The notes under the pieces are model-generated. The model was not told the DNA's origin, searched no databases, and was given only the letters and a program-made list of their open reading frames with translations. Positions 27,149 through 39,509 of a DNA stretch of 64,000 nucleotides are shown one piece after another. Location of the stretch: the NCBI GenBank assembly GCA_021613535.1, contig CP075496.1:8556001-8620000 (forward strand). Reading direction: 5' to 3'. The DNA is from Adineta vaga (Eukaryota; Animalia; Rotifera). Position numbers and translations under genes: made by a program. Every line of letters starts with the position of its first letter. Positions within the stretch are counted from its first letter, which is position 1.

Positions 27149-28175
27149 TTAATCATCTGATTTTACAGAAGTATACGGATATGGCTGACGTTTTACTTCA
27201 GCAGTTGTAGTAGTATTAGTAATAGTCGGTGCGATCATAGTCGGTGGTGACGATGGTGATAAGGTGTACTGTTTCGTTTGTTGAGGAAATCTATGCAAAA
27301 CTGGGGGAACTATCATTGTCGGTACAAAGAATATTGTTGGATGATTTGGATATGGTAACATTGGCATGACTGATGAATGAGCTGTATTTGATAAAGAATT
27401 TAACGAACTTGATCGATTAGTACTTGTAGCTAATTTTGCTTCATCGGTATCATTACTAAATTTGACATAGATTGGTTTTGAAAAAACCCATTGATCATTT
27501 ATTTTATTTACAGCTCTTGTGGCTTCTTCCACTGTATTAAAACAAACAAAGCCAACACCTTTTGATTGGCTACCATGTCTTAAAATCTAAAATATAGTTT
27601 TTTCATCATTTTCCGTCTACATATCTTATTCGATAATCGCTTACATGTGTTTTTGTAATTGTACCAAATCGACTAGAAATTTCTTCGAGATATTTTTCAT
27701 CAATCATCGTATCTAAATTACTAATATATAAACATAATTGATTCGATCGTTTTTCATGAATTTCTTCTTGCATTCGTCCAAGGTTGTCGTTCAGATTTTC
27801 TTTGAAAAAGTCCCACATACAAATGTTTATTATTATTTAATCTATAACCATTTAAGTTTTCCATCGCCTTACATATGAAGAGGACTAAAAATCAACAACA
27901 AAAAAACAAATAATTTCGATTCAATTAACCTTCTGTGCCATATCCGGTCTTTCAAAATTAACAAAACCAAATCCTTTCGATTGTCCATTATTATCCATTT
28001 GTATCTAAACATTAGATAATGATGTATATTTCATAAACAATCAAACCCATTTACATACTTTGCAACTAGTTATTGTCCCAAAAGCTGAAAACAATTGACA
28101 TAATTTTGTTTCATTGAAATCTTGATCGAAATTTTTCACATATAAATTAGTCAATTTCTTATTTCCATTCGACAT
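27149..28175 (-). pseudogene. Truncated PABP-like two-RRM gene (RRM3-RRM4 equivalent) with an apparent frameshift near 27783
   Basis: [25 protein letters not shown]...LYVGLFQRKSERQ then an in-frame stop; the second RRM (LYISNLD...SKGVGFVCF...EEATRAV...KPIYV) continues in another frame with no intron available. No MLLE domain. Confidence 0.65.
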
Positions 28176-28320
28176 ATTAAATAGAATATAAGATTCATGT
28201 ACCACTTATAATTTTACTTTTATTTCAGCACACAATCGGACGACACAAAAAAGAACACCGACAATATGTTAGTTATTTTTTCACCTTTTTTTCCTTTTTC
28301 TTCCGCTGTCTCTCTCTTTC

Positions 28321-28419
28321 GGTCTAGATAAGATACATTCAAATTTAAGCGACCAGGACCGCCAGTGTCAACTTGATTCACGTTGATGCCGGCGACATTG
28401 TATCTAACTTATCTCGACC
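28321..28419. mobile_element. 99-bp MITE with 9-bp target-site duplication
   Basis: Imperfect TIRs GGTCTAGATAAGATACA / TGTATCTAACTTATCTCGACC; flanking direct repeat CTCTCTTTC at 28312-28320 and 28420-28428. Confidence 0.75.
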
Positions 28420-28461
28420 CTCTCTTTCCTATTTATTCGATTTTTATTTGTCGATTATATA

Positions 28462-28582
28462 GGGAAAATGACGTTTCGTCTCACCTTTTTATTCCGAACA
28501 TCGAATAGTGAGGGTGTTCGGAACGGACTTCATGAGGAAAAACAGGATGCTCGGAAAGGGTGAGACGAAACGTCATCTGCCC
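28462..28582. mobile_element. 121-bp MITE with about 40-bp TIRs and 8-bp target-site duplication
   Basis: Left GGGAAAATGACGTTTCGTCTCACCTTTTTATTCCGAACATC; right, reverse-complemented, GGGCAGATGACGTTTCGTCTCACCCTTTCCGAGCATC; ATTATATA on both flanks (28454-28461, 28583-28590). Confidence 0.85.
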
Positions 28583-28635
28583 ATTATATACACAAGCATG
28601 ACAAAAAATACAGAAACGAATTTGTTTTTATCAAG

Positions 28636-30023
28636 CTACACATTCAAATCAAAATTTATTCGATATTTCATTGTTTTGTGAAGTGATTCTCTATTCTCTT
28701 CTAATAGATTACAATCTTGTAACCAAAGAGTATTTAAAATTTCATTTCCAATTAGTAATTGAGCAAAATAAATAAGCTCGAAAACAGTAATCAATTTATT
28801 GCCATGTAAATATAATTGCATAAGTGTTTGATTTTTCGTTGTTAAAACTTCAATTAATCTCCTAAGACCTTGATCACTTATTTGATTATATTAAAGCCAT
28901 AAATCAGTTAATATTTGATTGTTCTCTAAGAATTCAGCAATATATTGTACACCTTCATCTCGAATCGAATTATGATCAAGAGTAAGAATAGTTAAACGTG
29001 AAAAACGATTTGAAAGACTTGTTGTTAAATATTCTACACCGATATCAGTAATGAGATTTTGTGAAAGATATAATGATTCTAATGATGTATTCGTTTTCAA
29101 TTCAATTGCTAATAAAGATACACCATATGATGTTATTTGATTGCTTTGTAAGGATAACCAAGTACATTGTTTTATTCGAAGTACTTCTTTGATAATCATT
29201 TTCATATAGTCATCGGTTAGATTTAGATTCCGTAAATTGATTTCACCATGCGTAGAAGTTTTTTGAATTAATAAATTTAAGGATCTTTTCAATTGAATAG
29301 AACTGATTGTAGTTGAAGGATATAACGATAAATCTTTGAGAATAAGAATTCGAAGATTATCTTTTGTTTTTTGATTCGAAACAACTTGAAATCTTTGATT
29401 GAATGGAATTAAAATTTCCCTTTTTGTTGGATAAAACGAATGTTTAGTAATATTTCTTCCTTGATTTGTATGAATTATAAATAATGTTCGTGTGTACCAT
29501 CACGACCAAAACATTTCTCTTCTTGATCAAGTCGATCAATTGATGGTAAACATGAGAAAAATTCATGCCAGAAAAAGATTTGATTATTTGAATATTCTTG
29601 TTCAAGATCGAACTTCATTCCATGATAAAATATTCCACTAGATGTTGGAGATATTTTCAATAAAGATGTATTAAATAATTTTAAATATAGATACCATGGT
29701 TGAATATTATTTGAGTTTAATTTTTGATTAAATATATAACAGAAAGACGTTTCTTTTGTTATCCATTCTATTGTATAAAGCATGATTGATGATGATTCAT
29801 CGATGGATAGATTATCGATTGATTGTTGACAATTATCTTGAACTAATTGCATCATATCATCTAGTTGAAAAACATGAAATTTTAATGGTTCAATAGCTTT
29901 TTTCAATGTAACCAAAGGTATTTCATCATAACCATCAATAACTAAAGCCATTTTCTTCGATTGTTCTATCATATCAAATATACGCCAATGATGTTTTGGT
30001 TGATGAACTAATGTTAAATCCAT
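28636..30023 (-). pseudogene. ADP-ribosyltransferase-like domain fused to RI-like/NLRC3-like LRRs; disabled
   Basis: ART-family segments (GYDEIPLVTLKKAIEPL, LSIDESSSIMLYT, PWYLYLKLF, GRNITKHSFYPTKREIL) followed by LxxLxLxxNxIxDxG repeats. Extra CA dinucleotide near 29490 shifts the frame; in-frame TAA at 28891-28893 inside an LRR (LWL*YNQISDQG). Confidence 0.8.
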
Positions 30024-30361
30024 GAGTAGGTGTGTGTGTATATATAGATATAAACAAGTCGCTGTGCATTTCACAACAACTTACATCTTTTACAAAGACT
30101 GTGGGTTTTTTCTCCTGACGAATAGTTTTGCAAGAAAGAATAGAGGAAAAAAAAACAAACCATGCTTTTTGATAAAATTAGAATAAAAAAATTAGATTCC
30201 TTCAACACAAACATCTTTCTATCATCATAGGAAAAATTATATCGTCGTATGATATTTATTGAAGATGATTATCTTATAGAGATAAATTACGAAGGATAGA
30301 GCAATCTCTATGAGAAATACAAATGAAATAAAGATTTCAATTAAATTAGTTTTTAATTATT

Positions 30362-31402
30362 TTAAAACTTCATTTTCCAAACTAATGACTTTACAAGTTG
30401 CCAACATATTTTTCGAAATAAACTACCACCACTGAATAGATAGATATAAAATGGTAAACCATTAGCTAGATATGTTAGAAGAATAACAAAATTGAAAATA
30501 AAATCGTCTATAGCTTTAGTCAATGCTGATCTAGTTTCGTTTGTAGCATTCAATGTTAAAAATGTTTCGTATAATTTTAGAATCGCTTGTGGAAAAACTA
30601 AGATAAGTACAACAAATACTTGAATTAAAGACATGAGTATCAATTGACGATCTACTTTCTTTGTATATCGCATTCGAATATTTATCATTGTTGTATTTGT
30701 ACCATTTTTCAAATAATCTAGACTATGACGTACATTATAGATAATCAATATAGAAAAACATCCCATTAACAATGATGGAATTAATATTGCTCCACATGCA
30801 TAGAAAAGATCAGTATACAAACGACATGATAAAGATTTACCATAACTCGAATTGGAGCATTGATCATATTTAGACTTATAACAGAATGTAATTGGAATAT
30901 TGAATAAAATTGAAAAAATGATGACACTTATAGTTCCACGTTGAGCATTTTTTAACGTACGAAGTTGCTGTCGACTGATATCAGCACAAGATAATAGCCA
31001 GCGATCAGCTGTCGCGAGCATGATTAACCATAACACAACCGTTCGAGAAGAAAATAAAATAAATCCACGAAATTGACAAAGCCAATCAACGGTAGATACT
31101 AAATCTACAGTCCAATTAGCAACTATACGACTGGTTAATCCAGAGACAATAGCAAAGAGACTGGTTATTGATGATATAAGAAAAAGAAATGCACAAGAAT
31201 TTGAAAAGAATACTCGTTTGGATAAAACAAAAATATTAAGAATATTTCCTATAATGCCAGATAGAAAGATAATAATTGATAAATAACGATTTAAATGAAT
31301 TGTTGCATCTTTAATCGATGCAATAAGATCTTCATAAGATAATGTTGAAGACATTTTGATTATCGTTCTAAATGATGTGCTTGCTAAGAAAGAGAAAAAC
31401 AA
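30362..31402 (-). CDS. Rhodopsin-like 7TM GPCR, intronless (likely start at MSSTLSY near 31354)
   Basis: GIIGN, WLCQFR, ATADRW and NGLPFYIY motifs with seven TM segments. Confidence 0.87.
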   Translation of the reverse strand: MFFSFLASTSFRTIIKMSSTLSYEDLIASIKDATIHLNRYLSIIIFLSGIIGNILNIFVLSKRVFFSNSCAFLFLISSITSLFAIVSGLTSRIVANWTVDLVSTVDWLCQFRGFILFSSRTVVLWLIMLATADRWLLSCADISRQQLRTLKNAQRGTISVIIFSILFNIPITFCYKSKYDQCSNSSYGKSLSCRLYTDLFYACGAILIPSLLMGCFSILIIYNVRHSLDYLKNGTNTTMINIRMRYTKKVDRQLILMSLIQVFVVLILVFPQAILKLYETFLTLNATNETRSALTKAIDDFIFNFVILLTYLANGLPFYIYLFSGGSLFRKICWQLVKSLVWKMKF

Positions 31403-32045
31403 AAAGTAAAGATTTTGCTTGAGATAAAGTACTTCAGCAAAAACTTTTTCTTACATTCTTTTTTTTTGCAATTAAATGTACTATTTTATACACTTAAAGA
31501 GAATCATTAGTAGATCATTTTTTTCTTTAATCTAATTCCAGTAGTGGGATATCTTGACCTCATTTCGAAAATATTTGTAGATGAAGTTGCCATTTAAAGT
31601 AGCTAACAAACTGGAATTGTAGTTATAAAGAAATACTTTAAATTGAAGATTCGTTTTTTAAAAGCAAGCAAAAAGATGTTGTCTTTGATAATAGATGACA
31701 ATTTGTAGACGATTTACTTCTAGTTTACATTAAAATTCAAAAGTTGTTCTAATGACATCAATTCTTCTAAAAAGTTAATATCTTTGAATATAAGAACGGA
31801 ATAGTCAAGTATTCTATCAGTCACAGCCATTAGAAAGAAAAGTAATAATTATCTCTATTAACTTATTACTTCATCTGTTAATTGCTGATACTTTATAAAA
31901 GATATCCATGAAATTTATTCTTCAGAATATCTTGACAAAAAAAACAACATATAACCCAGCTACATAATTCTCTATGTACTTAAAAACTACCCAATGCTTG
32001 ATTAATAATTTATGACATACATATATCATTTTCTCATTCTTTCAT

Positions 32046-32770
32046 TCATTTCTCAATAGTTCCATCGATCGTACAAGCTGTAGCAGTTACCAACGTTAAC
32101 TGGTTTTCTTCTACAAATTGTTTCAATGGAAATCGTCGACGTTTTTCTTGTTCGATAATTGGTAATGCGCCAATTGGTTCATTCGATTCATAGAGTAAAA
32201 ATATAAAACGATGTTTATCATCCGAACCAACTTTGGGTGCTTGATAAGTGCCTGAAGAAAACAATACAAATTAAATTTAGATAAAAAGATCTATCTTACA
32301 AAGTGTATGTGCATCAACAATCGTTGTGCCTTGAAAATTAGCTATAATCCAATGAAGATATGGACTATTGATTGGATTATCTTTATGTGGTGCATCGGTA
32401 TCGATTAAAATCTAAGCAAATATAAGAATCATTTTCAAAAGTTGTTTTCATGCACAAAGATGATTGGGCAACAGATGTGTATAATCTCTCTTTGCGCCGA
32501 AATCATGATTAATAGGCATAAGCAGTATTGGGCTATACCAATCGTCTTTTTTTCAAAACGTACCAATGTATAATATGCTTCACTTGATACAGTATCGATT
32601 TCAACAGTCGGATGTGCATGTGTTTTGTGTTGATCAAATGAATTTTCTCGGATGACTTTTCGATCACCATAAGTAATAGTCATTATTGTAACATTGTCTT
32701 TCTTTGCATCGTATTCATGAAGTAAATAAGTGACGTCTGAACTGACTTGTTCGTCGGATATATGGGTCAT
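32046..32770 (-). CDS. Phosphatidylethanolamine-binding (PEBP/RKIP) family protein; exons 32770-32564, 32411-32300, 32251-32046
   Basis: YYTL|ILIDTDAP...YLHWIIAN...Y..P....HRFIFLLY...RRRFPLKQF; splice phases are consistent. Confidence 0.85.
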
Positions 32771-33014
32771 ATTTTTTATACCTCTTTTGATATATTTCGA
32801 ACTAATAGATTAGAGAGATGTTTGACTAAGGGAACGGAACGGATCGTATTTTATTGGACACTTTTCTTATGTAAATGACTATATGGTGCCATTGTTCGGA
32901 ACTTCATAGAGGGCGGAAATAATCAATACTTTATTCTAATTTTTTTTGTTGATCTGAATTAAAACATAGATTTTTAGTTTGTTGTTTAATATTTATTGAC
33001 AAAAGAAAAATAGT

Positions 33015-33340
33015 TCAACCTGCACCTTTCCGATAGAATCTCCAATCTATTGACCATCTTTGCATCATAACGAGTTTGAGCACCTGATTCTGTAGGTGCT
33101 AATGGGAATCGATAGCAACCATGAGCATCTTTATGAAAATCACAAGTATTCGCATTTTCTGGTGGATTACAACTTGGATCGATTGTCTAATCCTCTTTTA
33201 ATTTTGCTGGAAATAACATGGAAACTACACATGATGGTTTCAATGTTTTAGCAAGAGATTTATTAGGATCTTCTTGTATTGCATATCATAATGAACAATT
33301 AATGATACCACAATCGTCTGTCTCCTTTCGATTCGAATTC
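33015..33340 (-). pseudogene. Unidentified degraded coding remnant
   Basis: Coding-like stretch with stops and frameshifts (NCSL*YAIQEDPNKSL...IDPSCNPPENANTCDFHKDAHG...QRWSIDWRFYRKGAG*); family not recognised. Confidence 0.3.
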
Positions 33341-34239
33341 GTACTGTTATACTGACCAATGGTATAGCATTGATAACAACAACATTTAAAAAAATAATTG
33401 ATGAAATATTTGTTGAATGTTTTCATCAGTGTAGATGTCTGAAAATTTAACTTGTACGCATTGTTATTTCTGATGGCAATGTAACTCTGTTTGTTGTTTC
33501 AGTAGTATCTTTGATATGACGGAAAGGTAAGTTTTGACTGATATTAAATCGTTGGAAAAAATAATTTCTCTCAAAGCATTATGCCGGTATCATAGAGTGA
33601 AACACAACAATGACTATAGATTGTCGAAATATTCATATGAGCAAGATGATTTTATTAGATTTATTATGGTAAAATTAAGTGTATAGTATATGTTATAAAT
33701 TAAGGTATGTATACGAATCTATGACTAATTGGTCAGTAATTATGTTATTTCATTGTGATATGGTACTGTATATTTTCAAATTTTGATTTATACGATATAC
33801 TAATCACACCTCTCTGCAAATATTTACGTTCCTAAGATTTTAAAGCCATATTGTCTATGTTTCACGCAACTGAATATCGCTCCTTTTTATTAAATGACTG
33901 TTGTTTATAAATTCGAATAAGTTATATTAGATCCAATAGTATTCGATATTTTTCATTGGTAGATTCACAAAGATGTGCTTATCTTACATCTCGAATAAAT
34001 TTATCAGAAACAAAAAAGTACTCGTATTAAGACCTATTCATTCGTATCTTATATAGTTCGTTCTTTCATATTTTAAACGTTCGACTTTACACTCTAGGCG
34101 ATAAACAACGTGCGGAAGCCGATAGAAAGAAAAAGAAGACGAAAGAAAAAAAGGAAACTGATATGGTGAGAGGATAAGTAGTGCACTGTGGCACACCCTT
34201 CATTTCTTTCATAAAAGATAATCGTTTTTACAAGACAAA

Positions 34240-34929
34240 ATGATATTTCAACAAGAATTTTATTTATTATGGTCTTCACTCGAATTATTCATGGCTTTGA
34301 CCCATCTTTTTGTTTTCTTAGGTAGTTAATTAACTACAACAACATTCTATTTTTGTTTTCTACGTATTAATTCTCATTTTTTCTTCAAAATAGGTTTTCG
34401 TAATTCAAAATTAGGATTTCTACGTCGTCAACATAATTATTTTCTATTAGATGGATTAACACATCTTACCAATGCTTTTCTCTTTTCACCAAAAATAGTC
34501 GGTAGATTGATTTACTCTCTATGGCTATTTGCTTTCGTTGTTCATATCTATTATTATTACAATTTAAAAAGTAATCCTCCACCACGACGCAATCAAGATG
34601 ATCAACCTATCGAAGATAATTCCCATAAAATATCTCGTATATTTCATTGGTCTTGTTTGGAATATCAACCAAATCGATTTAGTATAATGCATTCTGGAAA
34701 AGAAATGTTAGAAACAGCTATCGATGTTGTTGCTCATTCAAGTGGTTTTTATCTTGCTTTTCTTATGATCGATTCATTTTTGTATAAAACAATAGCAATT
34801 TTACTTATGTTTGCTCTATTTTATCGACAAATGCTCAGTTTGAAATATTTCTTTACAGAACCAAAAATGATGCCACCACAATTACAACAACTATTTACTT
34901 CATTTCCAAGCAATTCTGTAGCAAACTAA
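34240..34929 (+). CDS. Uncharacterised multi-pass membrane protein; intron 34322-34393
   Basis: MIFQQEFYLLWSSLELFMALTHLFVFLG|FRNSK... joins the track ORF in frame; several hydrophobic helices containing His/Asp. Confidence 0.65.
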
Positions 34930-35189
34930 ATTGTTTGTTGAGCATGAACATTTTTATTTGATTGTATTTCTGATTTTTTTGTTTCAAAAAACGAAAAGTA
35001 CTTCTTGACTTTTTTAATGATAAGAAATTTTAAGATCGAACGAAAAGAAGACAGTATTTTCTTTCTGGAGATAAGAAATCGCTATCAAACTAGAGCTCCT
35101 TATCTTATCATTAAGTAAAGATTTATAAACAACATTAAAATGATGTATTTATAGAAAGATATGTTCATTTTGAGAAGAAAAATCTGTAA

Positions 35190-35444
35190 TTATAATTCTT
35201 TTTCGTTACATAAACAATATTGAAAACAATTTGATGATAATGAACAATGTCCTGATGCATGTCCTGTTTGAATACATCGATGATGGCATTGATCATTTTC
35301 AACAGATGTTATTTCATTAGTATTACGAACTTGCGTGCATTTTGAACGTTCATTGTGTAAACACGTTTCACCATTAATCATTAAATTTTGTAAAAGTAAT
35401 AACAAAGTAAATAGAATCATTGTACGAGCAATCGATTGATTCAT
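35190..35444 (-). CDS. Macin-like (CS-alpha-beta) cysteine-rich secreted peptide
   Basis: Signal peptide followed by ETCLHNERSKCT...CHHRCIQTGHASGHCSLSSNCFQYCLC; 8 Cys with CxxxC, GxC and CxC, matching the hydramacin/neuromacin layout. Confidence 0.75.
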   Translation of the reverse strand: MNQSIARTMILFTLLLLLQNLMINGETCLHNERSKCTQVRNTNEITSVENDQCHHRCIQTGHASGHCSLSSNCFQYCLCNEKEL

Positions 35445-36102
35445 GATTAGACAGAAGATCTGAAAATGAAATGAAATGAAAAACAAGTGTTTTGAATCAG
35501 TTTACTTACTATTTATATCAATATTAATCTCGTCTGGTCGTGTAAATCGCGTGAAAGAAGTAAGAAGAAATACGAGTGTATATATACATATGTTTTATCT
35601 CCCATAGAACGAGAAAAGGGTAACACGGACGAATCGATGAAAGAAGAAGAAAGAAGAAAAGATTGAATTTGATTTTTGTTCTAAAAGTATATTTTATTCA
35701 TATTTCTTTGAAAACACAACATATCCAACTGTATATATTGAACACATTCATCAATCATATAGAAATTCTTTATTAAATCCATATTTTTGTTCGAATATTC
35801 CTATATTGGACGAATTTCATTGATATATTCTTACATTTAGATATTATATGACTCATTATGAAGAGTATAAGACTGAATGAATGAAAGGTTTCTGTTAGAT
35901 GAATCATGAGTTTATTTTTTCTTTCCATGTGTCATTTACAGGATAGAAAGAGAAAAAACAAGCGCTTATATAACAGAGACGCCAACGTCATAGAAATTTG
36001 CTTTGTCATTGATGATGACGATATATGGAATGAAAATTTTCATTCTCTGATTATTTCTCTCATATAAAACACTTTGCATCTTATTTCAAAATTGTAAATA
36101 AA

Positions 36103-36687
36103 ATGGTTCGTTACAATGAAACATTAGGAGTTGCTTCATCCAATGTTCCAGCTTATTCTAATGGTGATGATACGTATTTTTCTGGTGAACATCACTATTT
36201 CCACGGAATATTTACTGGATTTAAATGGCAATGCGTCGAATATGCACGTCGATGGTTATTAATACGCAAAACTTGTATATTTCGAAGTGTTAGATCAGCT
36301 GCAGATGCTTGGCATGAATTATCTCATATTGAACGTGTAACTGATGGAAAAAAATTTCCATTGATTCCTCATGCAAATGGTTCATCTACAAAACCAAAAA
36401 AGGATTCTCTTTTGATTTATTCTCTCTGTCGAGATCTTCCTTTTGGACATATTGCAATTATTACTGATGTTGGCGATGATTTTATTTGTATTGCTGAACA
36501 AAATTATCGATTTCATCGCTGGTCAGGAAATTTTGCACGTCAGATATCAATGACATATAAAGATGGAAGATATTACCTCAACGATCGTTTTCGAATCGAT
36601 GGATGGATGGAAATTGTTAATAATGAACAATTAGAACCATTGAATGAATCATCTTTAGAAATTATACGTTCACAACAACGATTATAA
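36103..36687 (+). CDS. Stand-alone CHAP amidase of the glutathionylspermidine/trypanothione amidase type
   Basis: VPAYSN, GFKWQCVEYARRWL (catalytic Cys), FGHIAII (His), IAEQN (Glu); no synthetase domain follows. Confidence 0.88.
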   Translation: MVRYNETLGVASSNVPAYSNGDDTYFSGEHHYFHGIFTGFKWQCVEYARRWLLIRKTCIFRSVRSAADAWHELSHIERVTDGKKFPLIPHANGSSTKPKKDSLLIYSLCRDLPFGHIAIITDVGDDFICIAEQNYRFHRWSGNFARQISMTYKDGRYYLNDRFRIDGWMEIVNNEQLEPLNESSLEIIRSQQRL

Positions 36688-37108
36688 ATATATATTTTGA
36701 ACTGTTTATGTATTCTTTTGTTTTTGTATAAGTATTTCAATCCGATCAAATTTACTAAAATATGATTTGAAATTTTTCTCATATAATATAAATATTCAAA
36801 GATTACTATTTATTTTTTTGTCATGAACTGAAGAGAATCGAAAGAGGAAAGTAAATTCAGTGAACCGTAAGAAATTATTCACGTGAAACTACAGGTTCTT
36901 TTTTTTTCGCTATACATAAATGTCATACATCACAAATTATATTCATTCACACTTATACGTGATAAAACAACATCGATAGTTCAAAATGTTAACAAGTTTT
37001 AAATGATATGATCGTTGATTGGGAAGTAATTTCTGTTTGATATAGATTTCATAAATAAAAATAAATAGTAATACAAGATACTGATTATTATGTTTCCTTT
37101 CGTTGTAG

Positions 37109-38228
37109 ATGAAGACGATTAGTTCTACTCGAACTATTCATCGATGCAGACAAAGAAGAATATATTATATGTTAACATACTTTCGTTGGTCAAAGATACG
37201 TTGGCTTGTTTTAGGAATTTTATTTACGATATTTCTTGTTCAATTTATTCAAACACGTTCTGTAACTTATCCAGTCTATTTTCGAATGTTATTTGGTACA
37301 TATTTTCCAAATATTTTCGGTGTATTTTCTGATGAGAGTGAAACTACTACTATTGCTCCGGAAATTGTTATTGATATGAACGATCGTACACCTTCATATA
37401 AACTCGTACTTCGAGCAGATGATCGAACATATATCGATCCTGATCGTGCACAAGCACAGCTATTGGAGAATTTAAAACTCTATGAAACATGTCAGCATGA
37501 TCCATTAACAACCGTTGTTCATATTGGTCCATTTTTAGGTATAAAACAACACTTGTACATAGTAAACAAAATCTTTTTCATAATTTTATTTAGGAGATTT
37601 TGGTCTTTATGCTGCAGCATGTGGTTGTATTGTATACATATTTGAACCTCAACCAACTCTAATACCTCTCATAAATTCATCAATTCGACATAATGAATTT
37701 TCTACCTATCGTGTTCGTCTTTTCAATAAAGTTGTTAATGATTTACCATCGAATACGAGTGTACAATATCCACCTGGTGATGGTTCACCATCTGCTCTTG
37801 ATGATCCAGCTACAGTAACGACTATTCAATTAGATGATATTGATTGGCCATCACAATCAATTTATCTCTTAAAAATCGATGCTGAAGGATTTGAAATGAA
37901 TGTTTTTCATTCAGCAAAAAATCTCTTTGCTCAAAAACGTGTTCGCCATTTAATTTTCAAATATCATCCATGGTTAATCGATCGAGGCACACAAAAAGAA
38001 CTTTTACCGTATGTAAGTAAAGAATTTAAAGCAAAATTTATCTATTGTCTTTATCGAACGGAAAATATTATCTATGGTCCTTTACGTCCAAGAGATATTC
38101 AATTGTTTTATGATCAACATGTGAATGTAGATTTACCGGCAGATGTTTACGCAGCATTAGATGAAAATGCGAAGAGAGCTACGATTAAATCGCAACGATA
38201 TAATACAAATAAAAATGTGGCTTTTTAA
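37109..38228 (+). CDS. Type II membrane FkbM-family methyltransferase, copy 1; intron 37539-37593
   Basis: Basic tail plus TM plus stem; VVHIGPFLG|DFGLYAAACGC, FEPQP, LKIDAEGFE. Confidence 0.85.
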
Positions 38229-39509
38229 TAGAATATTTTTTACTTTTTTTCCAAATATTTTTGTTGATTATGATGAAATAGATTGATTATAATCGAAACT
38301 ATTTTCTAGCTTATTGTTGAAGTTGAATGGATTAATTTCAAAGACTTCTAAATTTTCGTCATTTTGTAGATATATCGATTACATATATTTACTACTAGTA
38401 TGATGATAATCTCTGAAGTAAAATCATATAGAATACCAATGTGTCTGCATTCTTAATTGTTCTAAAAAAAAGTCATGAATTGCCTTTTATCTGTAACAGT
38501 ATTTTCATGCATGAAAAGTGCATTTTATCAAATAACAGTTCTCTCAAAATTGATCGTATGATGTCAATCTAACAGCAGAGATGAATTGATTCTTACTAAT
38601 GCTATTGACGTCAGTTAGGACTGTTCAGTTAATTTTCTTCTTGAACTTCAATTAGATCAGTTAACAATATGTATATATCAAGAGGCGTTTTACTACAATT
38701 ACATCAATGTTTCCTACTTCGTTAACTATCAATTTTACACATCTGAATTGATGAGTCACCTTCATGATATTTTTTATTAATTGTAGAAATACAACTAAAC
38801 TAATGAAATATATGAGAAGAATCGCTAATAGTATATTTCTATATTGATTTTCATTCCATTTGATCTATCAATTGTATCAAAGCCCATAAACTTGATAGAT
38901 AGATAATACAAACTACATGATCGTATTCTTCATAAAATTATCGCTCTTTGATCTTCGTACGTAATGTATATCTGTGCTTTTCTTTCTCAAAAGAAAAGTT
39001 TTTGACTGGCTTAAATTTTTTATGTTAAAATGAAAAAGAAAAAAAAGTGAAGAATGAAAGTTCATTGAACTATGACGAGTTATTCATATGAAACAAATTT
39101 TGATGTACGCATCTATTGATATAGATAAAATTATTAGATATCAATGTTTAACAAAAGATGCATACCTGACATTATTTTTTGTGATATAAAAAGGAAGTAA
39201 ATATCATTTTCATCGTATTTTTCTTTTGAGTACTTTCACTATTGACAGAGGAAAATATATATCATATTGATCCATGCCAGAGATGTCCCTATCAAATCAA
39301 ACTAAACAGTATGTTGTAACAATTGAACTATTTTGTAATTTCATAAATTATTATTTGTTTTTTTGTTATGATCAATAACTTTTTTTTTCATAATATGTAG
39401 TATATATATATGTAAGCATCAATATAGCGTATCTATCATAATTATTATTGGAAATTTTTAATTGTATTTATCAACACTTTCAAAATCATATTTTATCTTA
39501 TAGATAATC

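Noticed and set aside
28462-28582. Hammerhead ribozyme of Penelope-like elements (minus strand CTCATGAAG...CGAAACGTC)
   Set aside because: The core is CTCATGA rather than CTGANGA and no stem I can form; TIRs plus an 8-bp TSD explain the sequence better as a MITE.
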